From Oikopleura dioica (Eukaryota; Animalia; Chordata): 64,000 nucleotides of DNA. Location of the stretch: positions 13,888,001 through 13,952,000 of the forward strand of contig OU015568.1 in assembly GCA_907165135.1 (NCBI GenBank). The letters are read 5' to 3'. The notes beneath the pieces are model-generated. The model was not told the DNA's origin. It did no database searches and worked only from the letters and a program-made list of their open reading frames with translations. This document shows positions 62,334 to 64,000 of the stretch, piece by piece. The number at the start of each line of letters is the position of its first letter. Within the stretch, counting starts at the first letter, position 1. The translations under genes and the position numbers were made by a program.

Positions 62334-63838
62334 CTAGGCTTCCATCTTCGTGTTTTCATCTAAATAAATAGTGATTGAAAGAAAATAGAGTTATTTTTAC
62401 CAGAAAGATGCCTTCTCTCAACCTTGTCGCTTTCGATGGCTTTTTGGACAGCGTTAAGATAGTTGTCAAGAGTGACCTGTTGAGCTCCAGCGCAGTACTT
62501 CATCAAGGCCAGGAATGGTATCTTTCGAAGCGTGCGTCCGCTGATTCCTTGAGCACTGTCGGCGATCGCAATAAGGCTTCTCTCGCAGTCAGTTGGACTT
62601 AAAAAATATTCACCGAGCATGAAAACCGCTCTTACTTTGGCAGGTCGTATCCTTCTGATCGTAAGGAATATTTGCCTGTAATCATGCCTTTATGATATAA
62701 CTCGTTGAACGCAGACTCGAGGATAGTGTAGATAGCTTTGGGCTCTGGTGGTCCAACGAAAATCTTCATGTCGGCGCGATCGATGAATGCCAGATCAATT
62801 TTGCCAGTGATGTTCGATGTGCAAACAACAAGAACGTTCGGGTACTTTTTCAGCGAGTCCAGTTGCGTGAGAACAGCGTTGACTACTCTTACGGCATCTG
62901 CTGGCTCATTCGCGGAACCCGATCTAGCAGAGGTTAAGCTCTCTACTTCGTCGATGAGGATGATTGTCATGATCGACTTGTCATCTTAAAAATAGTTGTA
63001 GTCGTGATCTGAAAGCGTCAACTTACCCGCATAGTCTCTTATTTTAGAAAACATTTTCTGAACAAGTTTGCCTGACTCCGAAAACCACTTTGAGAAGAGA
63101 GAATGTGAGTTGATTTCCACAAGTGCCGTATTTTGATAGCCGCCTATTTGTCGAATCGCTAATTTTTGAGCAAATGCCTGGAAAAATGATTCTTTTTGAA
63201 CATTTAAATGTTTCTACCTGAGCGATGGAAGTCTTTCCAGTGCCAGGAGGGCCATGAAAAAGAATGACTTTGTTCCAGCTAATGAGCGTGTTGCTGACTC
63301 CTAGTTGCGATAGCCGAAAAGATGTTTCCGCGAATTGAATGAGATCGGTTTTGAGCGGTGATGAGTAGTGCAGCGACTCCCACAGTCCGTAAAAGGCCTT
63401 GTTCGGTAACATCCATGTCTGGCAAGCAGCGATTTCGCCATCTTTAGAAGATAAATTAGTTTTGAAATAAGGCGAGAGTATGTTACCTTCTTCCTCATCG
63501 ATGTGCTCTTCTTCTCCCTCAGCTTTGTCCATGGTGTACAAATAGAACTTCCCGAGGGCAGTATTAGGAATATCACTGTACTTTTCGCTCTCTTCGCAAA
63601 TCATAACCTCAGAAACGCACTCTTCCACGACGTTCAACGCTTCCAGCAGATCTTTCGTCTCAGTTTCGTCCATAATCTCGTTAATCGCCTTCATGATCTT
63701 TTCCTTGTCTTGTTTCGGAATTAAGCTTTTAACTCCATCGTCGAATAGTTCGAAAATGCTCCGAAGACTCTCCTCTATTTCTGTCATTTGATATTTTGCG
63801 TTGCTTTTTAGCCTGACCTCGTAATTGATTTGCACCAT
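62334..63838 (-). CDS. TRIP13: Pachytene checkpoint AAA+ ATPase
   Basis: WMLPNKAFYGLWESL; SWNKVILFHGPPGTGKTS; EINSHSLFSKWFSESGKLV; LIDEVESL; DAVRVVNAVLTQLD; DLAFIDRAD; GISGRTLRKIPF. Confidence 0.96.
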
Positions 63839-64000
63839 TTTTATACTAAACAAGAGATCTTAGCTATAAGTTAAATAAATATGGTACGAGAGGATTCCTC
63901 TCGATTCAGTTTATTGCACATGCAGTAACTTCGATAAACAGTACAATCTAGTGGATTGACAGACAGAACGAGCAGATAGCGAGTTGAAGAAGCAATGAAG

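Overview
This is compact, gene-dense eukaryotic DNA with many introns of about 35-80 nt, several GA-AG introns and tightly packed co-oriented gene runs. These traits point to the larvacean tunicate Oikopleura (an inference, not a database result). About 24 host genes can be supported, including SEC63, FEN1, a p24/TMED gene with a nested antisense NCS calcium sensor, SLC25A51-like, ATP6V0B, DCTD, a MuRF-type TRIM, a GPCR, a large secreted repeat protein, a DEG/ENaC channel, SLC5A and a TRIP13-ODR4-cyclophilin-ZSWIM2-GORAB operon-like run. The most notable object is a full-length, apparently very young 8.3-kb Ty3/gypsy LTR retrotransposon at 22817-31097, with 415-bp LTRs and a TAAT target-site duplication. 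Its Gag ends in a CCCH finger instead of a CCHC knuckle, and it has a probable UGA-CUAG readthrough at the gag-pol junction. After pol it carries a 2.2-kb accessory cassette: a second polypurine tract, an array of five ~77-nt double-hairpin repeats with pairing-preserving substitutions, and an intact 364-aa non-Env ORF with a basic patch and an acidic-aromatic tail. This cassette is the best candidate for an undescribed regulatory system (RNA element array plus accessory protein). Exon boundaries were read by eye and gene ends are approximate where stated.
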